From assembly GCA_964350735.1 (NCBI GenBank), contig CAYGKO010000001.1:246578-310577 (forward strand): 64,000 nucleotides of DNA, read 5' to 3'. Made by a program: the position numbers and the translations under genes. Below, piece after piece: positions 18,606-27,421 of the stretch. A model generated the notes under the pieces. The model worked only from the letters and a program-made list of their open reading frames with translations, ran no database searches and had not been told where the DNA came from. Each line of letters opens with the position of its first letter. The first letter of the stretch is position 1. The stretch is from an uncultured Candidatus Saccharibacteria bacterium (lineage in GTDB: Bacteria; Patescibacteriota; Minisyncoccia; Phycocordibacterales; UBA918).

Positions 18606-19136
18606 TTAGGAGTCTGAATCCCTAAACCAGTTTATCGTGATACGGCATTGATCGCCGGCGGTGAAGTTTGTGCCGTCGAAAGCGATATTGCTGGTTTTGC
18701 AGCTTTTGCCCCACCGAACTTCTTCGACTGAGACAATTGACATCTCTTCATCAACGTAGAGCTGCCCCGGCCAGTTGGCATGGAGGTAGATCAGTTGTTC
18801 GACGAAGTCAGGCGCTGAATCCGCAGTTGGCGACTTGATGTATACGACCCCAGCAATGCCAGCGATGTCGATTGATTTATCGCTGATTGTGGTGGCGATT
18901 TGCGCCACCAACGCAGGCTCATCGATTGGTCCACGCAGCTTGTACGAGGTGTATATTTTTGTCGAACTTCCGACGCAGCGATTCTTTGCTGCGTCAGGGC
19001 CTTCGATCGAGAGCGCCATCAGAAACTCGATTTTTTCTGGTTTTTTTGGCGTTCCGGCTTCATTGTTGGCGCAGGCGTATGCTACTGGGCTGGACCCGAG
19101 CACGATCATGATGGAAAGAGCGATGAGACGGGCCAT
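18606..19136 (-). CDS. Hypothetical secreted protein
   Basis: Signal peptide, four Cys, SD AGAAGGAGG; hairpin downstream at about 18524-18570. Confidence 0.7.
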   Translation of the reverse strand: MARLIALSIMIVLGSSPVAYACANNEAGTPKKPEKIEFLMALSIEGPDAAKNRCVGSSTKIYTSYKLRGPIDEPALVAQIATTISDKSIDIAGIAGVVYIKSPTADSAPDFVEQLIYLHANWPGQLYVDEEMSIVSVEEVRWGKSCKTSNIAFDGTNFTAGDQCRITINWFRDSDS

Positions 19137-19495
19137 AGTAGCCTCCTTCTAAATGGTGGGTGGAATGTCTTGAACCGTAAACGAGAGCAATAATTCCATT
19201 GCTAAATAATAACATGTTTTATTATAAAGTCAATTTATAGGGATATTTTCTAATCAAAACAAGAAAACACGCAGGGGCCTTCTTGCAACGCGAGCGAGTC
19301 GCGGCAGAAAGTCTTACGTGTGTTACCCGCACCCGATGCCGGGGCGAGGGTTGCAGTAGGCAGTTGTTTGCTCCAGCACTTCCTCTGTTGGAGCTTTTGC
19401 TGACGCCGGGCTGAAGAGTGCCCAAGGCCAGAACAAAAAGACAAAGATGATGAATGTAATTATACAAGCGTCAGCGAAGGCTTTAACAATGATCA

Positions 19496-19807
19496 TCAGG
19501 TTCTCCTCTCGCCATTACATATTGTGATGAAGTCTTCGAAGGTGCGAATATCTCCTTTTACAAGAGTGTATCCATTTGAACCTCCAGAATTAGTCTGTGC
19601 AGGCTTTAATACCCAGCTTTCGAGGATGCTGACATGTCCGTACATCACATGAATCTTTTTCACATGCCATCGGAAGTTGAATTTGTTGTAAAGCTGGAAA
19701 CAAACTACGAATGGCTCCACTAATGGAGCGCGTCGCACTTCTGGAGCCGCTTGAGCAATCGAAACAAAGCTAAAGCAGAAGACAAACATTAAAAGAGCTC
19801 TACGCAT
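19496..19807 (-). CDS. Hypothetical secreted protein
   Basis: Signal peptide AQA-A, SD GGGAGG, TTGACA..TATGCT promoter at about 19843-19870. Confidence 0.7.
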   Translation of the reverse strand: MRRALLMFVFCFSFVSIAQAAPEVRRAPLVEPFVVCFQLYNKFNFRWHVKKIHVMYGHVSILESWVLKPAQTNSGGSNGYTLVKGDIRTFEDFITICNGERRT

Positions 19808-19874
19808 TTCGTCCTCCCTAAAAAATTGGTTGCGTTAGTTTCAGCATAAAGCAAAAGCACTGGGTGTCAAAGCA

Positions 19875-19903
19875 TTGCCATTGCGTAGTAAATACCGTAT
19901 GAT
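19875..19903 (+). promoter_or_regulatory. Sigma70 promoter for fusA
   Basis: TTGCCA-N17-TATGAT. Confidence 0.7.
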
Positions 19904-20022
19904 AGCGCCGATTAGCCCAGTTTGGGCAATTTTTCTATTGTGGTATAGGGTGACGGCTTCGCCGCCCACGTCCACCAGTAGAGAGAGACATTATTTAATT
20001 TAGATTTTATACATATATAGTT

Positions 20023-22191
20023 ATGGCACGAGCATTTCCAATCAGCCGCATGCGAAACTTTGGTATCGTAGCGCACGTTGACGCTGGTAAAACTACCACG
20101 TCTGAACGAGTACTCTTCTACACGGGTATGAGTCACAAAATTGGTGAAGTACACGACGGGGAAACCGTTACTGACTGGATGGACCAAGAACGAGAACGCG
20201 GTATTACTATTACGGCAGCGGCGATTTCATGTAACTGGGCCAAGACCCTTGAAACAGACCGAACCAATACTGACAAGCAACATACGTTTAACATCATCGA
20301 TACGCCAGGTCACATCGACTTCACCGCTGAAGTAAAACGATCGATGCGGGTACTCGACGGTGCGGTGGTAGTGTTTGACGGTGCCGCTGGTGTAGAACCA
20401 CAAACTGAAACCAACTGGGGCTACGCTGACGAAGCTGGTGTGCCACGAATCTGTTTTGTAAACAAAATGGATAAACTTGGAGCCGACTATGATGCTTCAA
20501 TCAAATCTATCGAAGAACGTCTCTCTCCGAAAGCTTTGCGAATCCAGCTACCAATTGGTTCTGAAGACAATCTCTCTGGTGTAGTTGATTTGGTCACTAT
20601 GAAGGCCTACCGGTTCGCTGGTGAAATGGGAATGGAAGTAACTGAAGAAGAAATTCCAGCTGACCTCGTTGATGAAGCAACTAAGCGACGAGCTGAGATG
20701 GTAGAGCGTGTAGTTGAGCATGACGATACGTTGATGGAAGCTTTTCTAGAAGGCAATGAGCCATCACTTGAAGATCTTAAGAAAACTCTTCGAAAGGCTG
20801 TCCTTGCAAACGAAATTTTCCCGGTAATGACAGGTTCTGCTTTGAAGAACATTGGCGTACAGCTCGTACTTGACGCCGTAGTTGATTACCTACCAGCCCC
20901 AAACGACTTGCCTGATACAGAAGGAATTGATCCAAAAACTGAGGAAGAAATTAAGCGATCACCAACTGACGAAGATCCATTCTCAGCCCTAGTTTTTAAA
21001 CTCCAAGACGATAAATTTGTAGGACAGCTGGCGTTCTTCCGAGTCTATTCTGGTTCAGTAAAATCAGGTTCATACATCATAAACTCATCAACTGGTAACA
21101 AAGAGCGGGTTGGACGGATCGTTCGATTGATGGCTGATAAGCGAGAGGAGATTGATGAAGTATTCGCCGGAGAAATTGCCGCTGCCGTGGGAATCAAAGA
21201 GGTAAAGACCTCGCACACTATTTGTGATCTTGATAAGCCGATTGTATTGGAACAAATTACCTTCCCCGCCCCAGTGGTAGCAGTGCGCGTAGAGCCTAAG
21301 ACAAAGAATGACCAAGAGAAAATGGGTGTTGCGCTCAAGCGATTGTCTGACGAAGACCCAACATTCGTAGTATCAAGTGATGAAGAAACTCTAGAAACTA
21401 TTATTGCTGGTATGGGTGAACTTCACCTCGATATTCTAGTAGACCGAATGAAACGAGAATTCGGCGTAGAAGCAAATATTGGGCAACCACAAGTAGCCTA
21501 CCGAGAAACTATCCGTGGTTCAGCTGAAGCAGACTACAAGTACCAGAAGCAAACCGGTGGACGGGGACAATACGGACATGTGAAGATTCGCATCAAGCCG
21601 CTGGAAGAACTAGCAAAAGATGAAGAAGGAAACGATGTGTCAGTAGCAAAGAATGTAAAACGAGAAGATCACTTCGAGTTTATCGATAGCATCAAGGGAG
21701 GAGTAATTCCAAACGAATTTATCCCCGCGGTAATGAAGGGAGCAAAAGAAGCGATGGGACGAGGATTCGTAGCTGGGTACAAAATGGAAGATGTCTCAGT
21801 TGAACTATTCGACGGGTCATTCCATGATGTAGACTCTTCAGAAATCGCTTTCAAGCTGGCTTCAATCAACGCTTTTAAGGAAGCGGCGGCTCGAGCGAAT
21901 CCAGTAATTCTTGAGCCAATCATGAAAGTTGAAGTCCGGACTCCAGATGAATACATGGGAGACATCCAAGGAAACATCTCATCAAAGCGTGGACAACTAG
22001 AGAGCTCAGAAGAAGTAGGTGGAAAGCTTATCATCAACGCAAAAGTGCCACTATCTGAAATGTTCGGATACACCAACACCCTTCGTTCGATGACTCAAGG
22101 ACGCGCTAGTATGACCATGGAATTTGATCACTACGAAGCGGTACCACCAAACGTAGCCGAAGAAATTAAGAAGGCTCGCGGAATTGCGTAA
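20023..22191 (+). CDS. fusA: Elongation factor G
   Basis: AHVDAGKTT, QERERGITI, IDTPGHIDF, NKMD, GMGELHL, QTGGRGQYGHV, HDVDSS. Confidence 0.99.
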   Translation: MARAFPISRMRNFGIVAHVDAGKTTTSERVLFYTGMSHKIGEVHDGETVTDWMDQERERGITITAAAISCNWAKTLETDRTNTDKQHTFNIIDTPGHIDFTAEVKRSMRVLDGAVVVFDGAAGVEPQTETNWGYADEAGVPRICFVNKMDKLGADYDASIKSIEERLSPKALRIQLPIGSEDNLSGVVDLVTMKAYRFAGEMGMEVTEEEIPADLVDEATKRRAEMVERVVEHDDTLMEAFLEGNEPSLEDLKKTLRKAVLANEIFPVMTGSALKNIGVQLVLDAVVDYLPAPNDLPDTEGIDPKTEEEIKRSPTDEDPFSALVFKLQDDKFVGQLAFFRVYSGSVKSGSYIINSSTGNKERVGRIVRLMADKREEIDEVFAGEIAAAVGIKEVKTSHTICDLDKPIVLEQITFPAPVVAVRVEPKTKNDQEKMGVALKRLSDEDPTFVVSSDEETLETIIAGMGELHLDILVDRMKREFGVEANIGQPQVAYRETIRGSAEADYKYQKQTGGRGQYGHVKIRIKPLEELAKDEEGNDVSVAKNVKREDHFEFIDSIKGGVIPNEFIPAVMKGAKEAMGRGFVAGYKMEDVSVELFDGSFHDVDSSEIAFKLASINAFKEAAARANPVILEPIMKVEVRTPDEYMGDIQGNISSKRGQLESSEEVGGKLIINAKVPLSEMFGYTNTLRSMTQGRASMTMEFDHYEAVPPNVAEEIKKARGIA

Positions 22192-22203
22192 GTTGCATAG
22201 TAT

Positions 22204-22241
22204 AAAACAAAAGCGGCGCCCGAGGGCGCCGCTTTTGTTTT
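22204..22241. terminator. Bidirectional terminator after fusA
   Basis: AAAACAAAAGCGGCGCCC-GA-GGGCGCCGCTTTTGTTTT. Confidence 0.85.
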
Positions 22242-22845
22242 AGTTGAAGACTTGATACAAGACAGGAGTGAAGGTAATGATGCCGTAGAACATAAGCAGC
22301 ATCAATGCAGCAGCCTTTGCTCTTATGTTGGAGCTGTTTCGGTAGATCCAGAGCAAGAGTAGGGCTACGAAGATAGTATCGAGACTACCAACGATGTTCC
22401 CATAGTACGCTGGATTCCAGTACGAGACAGGGCTGTGGAATTTCCAGTCAGTGAGCGGCCAGAAGTGACGATAGGCGTCTTCAGCGTGGAAGAAGAAATC
22501 GAGTGTGATATGAAAGAGGGCGGAGGCTGAGAGCCATTTCAGGAATCTAAGCCCAAGAATATGACTAATTCCAAGTAGTATCGGCCACAAGATAAGTGAA
22601 TGTGACAAGGTGATAAGCGGTGTCCAAGCTGAATCAAAGTAGAGCACGTCCCACAGGTCGCTTTGACTAGCACCAACAACAAAGGTGAAGTAGAAGAAAA
22701 ATAGGTAGGTGGGCAGATCGGGCAGAACTGCACCGAGTATAAAGGCACCGAGACGCTGCTTATTTTTAGTACCTCCTGCTGCTTCAGTTTTCTCGGTCAC
22801 TTTTGCCAAGGCCCAGTTATAGACGAGGTGAGAAGTAGTGATCAT
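22240..22845 (-). CDS. Membrane-bound metal-dependent hydrolase (YdjM-like)
   Basis: M.T.SH, GAVLPD, HS, H.TLD...H.ED...HFWPL. Confidence 0.72.
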   Translation of the reverse strand: MITTSHLVYNWALAKVTEKTEAAGGTKNKQRLGAFILGAVLPDLPTYLFFFYFTFVVGASQSDLWDVLYFDSAWTPLITLSHSLILWPILLGISHILGLRFLKWLSASALFHITLDFFFHAEDAYRHFWPLTDWKFHSPVSYWNPAYYGNIVGSLDTIFVALLLLWIYRNSSNIRAKAAALMLLMFYGIITFTPVLYQVFN

Positions 22846-22916
22846 GGTTTGAGAGTAGCATGGTAGGGGTATAAATAAAAAAGTCCCGGGCCGTTCTGAT
22901 ACGGCCCGGGTCCAGG

Positions 22917-23237
22917 TCAAGCTGCCATTTTACGTCCTGGACGCTCAGGCGGTTCTTTGTGCAATGCGACGCGATAGAGCAGGTCCCACCAAGCATCGAG
23001 GACATGTTGGTCGTAGATAGTGTTGCGACTAGTGAACGCATCGCGGATCGGATCTGGCAACTCGTCACCTACGCTATCAAGGAAATCATCGTAGCAGCGA
23101 AGGAACAACAATTCTAGGTTGATGCCCCGTTTAACCCAATCTTCTTCCGCTGCCATTTTTGCGAAATCAGAAATCGGGCTGTTTACACAGAGCCAAAGGA
23201 AAGCATCAGCGACTTTCAGACGCACTTCATCGTGCAT
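22917..23237 (-). CDS. Hypothetical protein
   Basis: 106 aa, SD AGAGGAG, hairpin terminator at about 22880-22912. Confidence 0.65.
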   Translation of the reverse strand: MHDEVRLKVADAFLWLCVNSPISDFAKMAAEEDWVKRGINLELLFLRCYDDFLDSVGDELPDPIRDAFTSRNTIYDQHVLDAWWDLLYRVALHKEPPERPGRKMAA

Positions 23238-23252
23238 GTCGATCTCCTCTTG

Positions 23253-23284
23253 AGTCTAGGATAAGAACAGTCTAGGATAAGAAC
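23253..23284. repeat. Perfect 16-bp tandem duplication
   Basis: AGTCTAGGATAAGAAC x2. Confidence 0.9.
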
Positions 23285-23316
23285 GGCTTCTCTTGATGGA
23301 GAGAGTAGCACAACCG

Positions 23317-23345
23317 TTGACTTTTGCCACTAAAAACCGTACTAT
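23317..23345 (+). promoter_or_regulatory. Sigma70 promoter for the rpsS-led operon
   Basis: TTGACT-N17-TACTAT. Confidence 0.75.
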
Positions 23346-23598
23346 AGCGCCGTTCCAAACCTCAGAAATATCTGGCCTGGTAGCTAGATATTTCGTAGAT
23401 GAACACCTGAATTTCGGAGCTCGCGAGCCGTTAACTCAAGAGCTACTCAAACGAGATTCTTCATACGCTTATTGATGCTTGCATCAGAGTGTTTTATTCG
23501 TTAATGAGGAACGGGGTGGTAATTGAATGACGTCCAGGAATTTGCCAGCAAATTCGGACATAAGTTCATAATAGTCGCTTCGCTCCTTTATTCACTTA

Positions 23599-23931
23599 AT
23601 GTCACGATCACTATATAAAGGTCCCTACGTCGATGAACGTATTCTTAAGAAAATTGCTGGAAAGAAGCCAGCTGATGTTAAGGATATGATCAAGATTTGG
23701 GCACGCGATTCACTGATTTCACCAGAAATGGTGGGCTTTACCTTTGGAGTACACAACGGTAAGGATCACATCGAAGTAACTCCATCAGAAGAGATGGTAG
23801 GACATCGTTTCGGAGAATTCTCGCCAACGAAGAAATTCTGGCGACATGGAGGTAAAATGCAGAAAGAGCTTGATCAGAAAAAGAAAGAAGCTGAAATCAC
23901 TGCTGCTAAGGCAGCTAAGGCTTCAGCGTAA
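23599..23931 (+). CDS. rpsS: 30S ribosomal protein S19
   Basis: MSRSLYKGPYVD, VHNGK, EMVGHRFGEFSPT. Confidence 0.98.
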   Translation: MSRSLYKGPYVDERILKKIAGKKPADVKDMIKIWARDSLISPEMVGFTFGVHNGKDHIEVTPSEEMVGHRFGEFSPTKKFWRHGGKMQKELDQKKKEAEITAAKAAKASA

Positions 23932-23942
23932 TCCGCTCTATT

Positions 23943-24260
23943 ATGAAAGCAGTACTCAAAAATTATCGCCAATCACCACGTAAAGTTCGTCTTTTGGCTG
24001 ACTTGGTGCGAGGTAAGAAAGTAACAGACGCCCTTCGAACACTACAGTTCGTAGATAAGCGTGCGTCTGGTCCATTTGCAAAAGTTATCAACTCAGCCGT
24101 AGCAAATGCGACACAAAAAGGAGCGAATGCAGACCACCTTAAGATTGTTAAGGTAACTGTAGATAAGGCGCCAACCTACAAGCGTTTTATTCCACGAGCT
24201 CGTGGTTCAGCTTCAAAAATTAATAAGCGTAATAGCCATATTACGGTTGAACTTGGCTAA
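23943..24260 (+). CDS. rplV: 50S ribosomal protein L22
   Basis: RQSPRKVRLLADLVRGK, PRARG.A..I.KR.SHITV. Confidence 0.98.
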   Translation: MKAVLKNYRQSPRKVRLLADLVRGKKVTDALRTLQFVDKRASGPFAKVINSAVANATQKGANADHLKIVKVTVDKAPTYKRFIPRARGSASKINKRNSHITVELG

Positions 24261-24269
24261 TCATTAGAT

Positions 24270-24983
24270 ATGACACACGTTGCACACCCATACATTCAGC
24301 GCTTGGGCATCAACCGTGACTGGCGAAGCCGCTGGTTCACTAATGATCCTAAGAAATTCCGTGAATATTTGCGAACTGACGCAGCCATTCGAAAGCTTCT
24401 CAACAAGAAGCTGAAAGGAATGTCTGCTGACGCAGTAGAAATTGAACGAGATGAAAAAGCGCTCCGCATCATCATTAAAACTGCTCGACCTGGTCTCGTT
24501 ATCGGTCGTAGTGGAGAAGGTGCTATCGCTCTGAAAAAAGAAGTAGATTTACTTTTGCGAAAACTTAAGTTGTCTGAAAAACCAGAAATTAAAATTGATA
24601 TCGAAGAAATTCGATCACCAGAAACGAGTGCTAATATCATCGGACAGATGGTATCTGAAGGTCTTGAAAAGCGAATGCCATTCCGTCGTGTGCTTAAGCA
24701 AACAGTGGAAAAGGTAATGGCGAACCGAGACGTGCAGGGAGTTCGTATTATCGTTGCCGGACGACTTGGTGGAGCTGATATGGCTCGTCGAGAAGAATTG
24801 AAAAAAGGTCGAATCCCACTACAAACATTGCGTGCAGACATCGATTTCGCTCGCATTCGAGCGAATCTACCATACGGTGTGATCGGTATTAAAGTATGGA
24901 TCTATCGAGGAGATGTCTTTGCTGATCGAAAAGCTGGCGGAGAGTCAGACAATCGTCGAGGCGCTCGTCATAACAACCGTTAA
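24270..24983 (+). CDS. rpsC: 30S ribosomal protein S3
   Basis: [38 protein letters not shown]. Confidence 0.98.
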   Translation: MTHVAHPYIQRLGINRDWRSRWFTNDPKKFREYLRTDAAIRKLLNKKLKGMSADAVEIERDEKALRIIIKTARPGLVIGRSGEGAIALKKEVDLLLRKLKLSEKPEIKIDIEEIRSPETSANIIGQMVSEGLEKRMPFRRVLKQTVEKVMANRDVQGVRIIVAGRLGGADMARREELKKGRIPLQTLRADIDFARIRANLPYGVIGIKVWIYRGDVFADRKAGGESDNRRGARHNNR

Positions 24984-24988
24984 GACAT

Positions 24989-25423
24989 ATGTTATTTCCG
25001 AAAAAAGTTAAGCACCGAAAGTGGCAAGTAGGACGAAAGTCTGAAGCAAAGCTACAGCGGTCTGATACACGTGGAGTGACTGTAGCCTTTGGTTCATACG
25101 GACTAAAAGCAACTACACCATCACGAGTACGAAGTAATCAAATTGAGGCAGCTCGTCGAGTTATCTCACGAACACTTGGTAAGACTGGTAAAATCTGGAT
25201 TCGAATTTTCCCAGACAAGCCGATCACCAAGAAGCCAGCTGAAGTAGGTATGGGTAAGGGTAAGGGAGATCCTGATCACTTCGTATTCGAAGTAGCTCCC
25301 GGTCGAATTTTATTTGAAATCGATGGTGTCTCTGAAGAGGTGGCTCGTGAAGCGTTCCGAAAGGCAACAGCTAAGCTACCACTTAAAGGCAAGTTCGTAA
25401 CTCGCGAGGAGACAAGAGTGTAA
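24989..25423 (+). CDS. rplP: 50S ribosomal protein L16
   Basis: [32 protein letters not shown]. Confidence 0.98.
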   Translation: MLFPKKVKHRKWQVGRKSEAKLQRSDTRGVTVAFGSYGLKATTPSRVRSNQIEAARRVISRTLGKTGKIWIRIFPDKPITKKPAEVGMGKGKGDPDHFVFEVAPGRILFEIDGVSEEVAREAFRKATAKLPLKGKFVTREETRV

Positions 25424-25452
25424 CAACACTTTTGTCTCGTAGACAAATTCTT

Positions 25453-25650
25453 ATGACTACATACAAAGAAATCGAAAAAATGAATGACGCCGACTTGGCT
25501 ACATTTGTTAACGAAAAGCGTGAAGCGATTCGTGCAATCCGATTTGGAAAAGCTGAACGAAACACAAGCACTGCGTCAACTGCTAAGCGAGATATCGCTC
25601 GTGCAATGACTGAGCTTACCAAGCGATCTAAGGCAGAAGCCTCAAAATAG
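25453..25650 (+). CDS. rpmC: 50S ribosomal protein L29
   Basis: Position between rplP and rpsQ; RF, KRDIARAMT. Confidence 0.88.
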   Translation: MTTYKEIEKMNDADLATFVNEKREAIRAIRFGKAERNTSTASTAKRDIARAMTELTKRSKAEASK

Positions 25651-25657
25651 GTAATCA

Positions 25658-25924
25658 ATGCATATGACAACAGAAACTAACATACCAACAACAAAAAGCG
25701 GACGCGTACTACGCGGAACCGTTGTTGCAACTAAGATGCTTGATACCTGTACGGTAGCCGTAGAGCGATACGTTAAGCATCCAAAGTACAAAAAATTCCA
25801 AAAGCGAACTAAGAAATTCTTGGTACACGACGCTGGAAATACAGCTAAGGTAGGAGACAAAGTAGAGATCAAAGAAGTAGCGCCGATTAGTAAGCGAAAG
25901 CGATTCGCACTCGTAACTGCATAG
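25658..25924 (+). CDS. rpsQ: 30S ribosomal protein S17
   Basis: LRGTVV..KM..T.TV.VER...HPKYKK, HD, PISKRKRF. Confidence 0.97.
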   Translation: MHMTTETNIPTTKSGRVLRGTVVATKMLDTCTVAVERYVKHPKYKKFQKRTKKFLVHDAGNTAKVGDKVEIKEVAPISKRKRFALVTA

Positions 25925-25927
25925 CCT

Positions 25928-26299
25928 ATGATTCAACCACAAACAATTGTGAAGATCACTGACAACTCAGGCGCGAAGGTTGGTCGAGTATTCAAAGTAC
26001 TTGGTGGATCTAAAAAGCGATACGCTGAACTTGGTGAAATGGTGGTGCTTTCAGTCCAAAGTGCTGAGCCACGAAAGCAGGTAAAAAAGAAAGAGGTAGT
26101 GTATGGCGTAGTAGTGCGACAGAAGAAGGCCTACCGTCGAAAGGATGGTTCATACGTTTCATTTGATGACAACGCCGTAGTGCTTGTTGATAAAGAAAAG
26201 CGAGAACCTCGAGCAAACCGTGTGTTTGGCCCGATTCCACGTGAGCTATCCGAAGCTGGTTATCAGAAAATTGTCTCACTCGCCCCAGAGGTTGTTTAG
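25928..26299 (+). CDS. rplN: 50S ribosomal protein L14
   Basis: MIQPQT, DNSGAK, FDDNAVV, RVFGPIPREL, SLAPEVV. Confidence 0.98.
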   Translation: MIQPQTIVKITDNSGAKVGRVFKVLGGSKKRYAELGEMVVLSVQSAEPRKQVKKKEVVYGVVVRQKKAYRRKDGSYVSFDDNAVVLVDKEKREPRANRVFGPIPRELSEAGYQKIVSLAPEVV

Positions 26300-26450
26300 G
26301 GAAATAATAATTTTGCGAAGCTGAATTATATATTTCACTTATGCAAACGCTCAGCAGTTTCGACCCCGACCTAGGGGAGAAAATGCGCTAGCGTCTTGCG
26401 AGGTAACACTCTGAGTGTGAAGATAAGAAATTCAAAGCAAACATACAACT

Positions 26451-26762
26451 ATGAAAATCAAAAAAGGAGACAATGTCATCGTGATCGCTGGTAAGGATAA
26501 GGGGAAGAAAGGTGTAATCGAAAAAACTCTGATCGCTACGAATAAAGTAGTAGTTGAAGGAGTAAATATCGTCACTAAACACCAGAAAAACAAACGAACT
26601 CGTTCCCAGGGACAGATTATTGAAAAAGCGATGCCTATCCACGCTTCAAATGTAGCGATCGAAGAAGACGGTAAGCCAGTTCGAATTGGTTACAAAATTG
26701 AAGGTGAGGGTGACAAAGCCAAGAAGGTACGCGTGTCTAAAAAGACCGGCAAAACTTTATAA
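26451..26762 (+). CDS. rplX: 50S ribosomal protein L24
   Basis: KIKKGDNVIVIAGKDKGK, VVVEGVN, PIHASNV. Confidence 0.98.
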   Translation: MKIKKGDNVIVIAGKDKGKKGVIEKTLIATNKVVVEGVNIVTKHQKNKRTRSQGQIIEKAMPIHASNVAIEEDGKPVRIGYKIEGEGDKAKKVRVSKKTGKTL

Positions 26763-26783
26763 GAATCATAAACTAGAATTACC

Positions 26784-27338
26784 ATGGAAAACATGAAAAC
26801 ACAGTTGAGCAAGGTTTTTGATTCTTTAAAAGGAACCTTCTCATACACTAATGTGATGCAAGCCCCGCGAATCGACAAGGTTGTCGTTTCAACAGGAACC
26901 GGAAAGATTGACGATAAGAACAAGATTGCTCTGATCGAAGATCGCCTGGCGCAAATCACTGGCCAGAAAGCAGCTCCGAGAGCCGCTCGACAGTCAATCG
27001 CGAGCTTCAAGCTGCGTGAAGGGGATATTGTGGGCTATCAGGTAACGCTTCGCGGCAACCAGATGCACAACTTCCTCGATAAGTTGGTCCACATTGCGTT
27101 ACCTCAGACTCGCGACTTCCGCGGGCTCAAGGTAACGGCGATTGATGAAATGGGTAACTATACGCTTGGCATCAAAGACCATACTATCTTTCCTGAAACT
27201 GCTGATGAAGAACTAAAAGACGTATTTAGTCTCGCGATTACTATCGTGACTACAGCTAGTACAAAGGAAGAGGCAGAAGCCCTGCTACGACATATCGGAC
27301 TTCCACTAGTGAAGCCTGAAGTTGCAGAAGCTGCGTAG
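26784..27338 (+). CDS. rplE: 50S ribosomal protein L5
   Basis: ITGQK, SIASFKLREG, VTLRG, RDFRG, GNYTLGI, IFPE. Confidence 0.98.
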   Translation: MENMKTQLSKVFDSLKGTFSYTNVMQAPRIDKVVVSTGTGKIDDKNKIALIEDRLAQITGQKAAPRAARQSIASFKLREGDIVGYQVTLRGNQMHNFLDKLVHIALPQTRDFRGLKVTAIDEMGNYTLGIKDHTIFPETADEELKDVFSLAITIVTTASTKEEAEALLRHIGLPLVKPEVAEAA

Positions 27339-27360
27339 TCGATAGACTGTAAACAGCAAG

Positions 27361-27410
27361 TAACAACACAAAAGGCCGGTGCCTGTGGGCGCCGGCCTTT
27401 TGTGTTGTTA
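27361..27410 (+). terminator. Terminator after rplE
   Basis: Long IR TAACAACACAAAAGGCCGG...CCGGCCTTTTGTGTTGTTA. Confidence 0.8.
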
Positions 27411-27421
27411 TAATAGACTGC

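Noticed and set aside
23253-23284. 16-bp tandem repeat as a target-site duplication
   Set aside because: The copies are directly adjacent with no element between them; replication slippage is sufficient.
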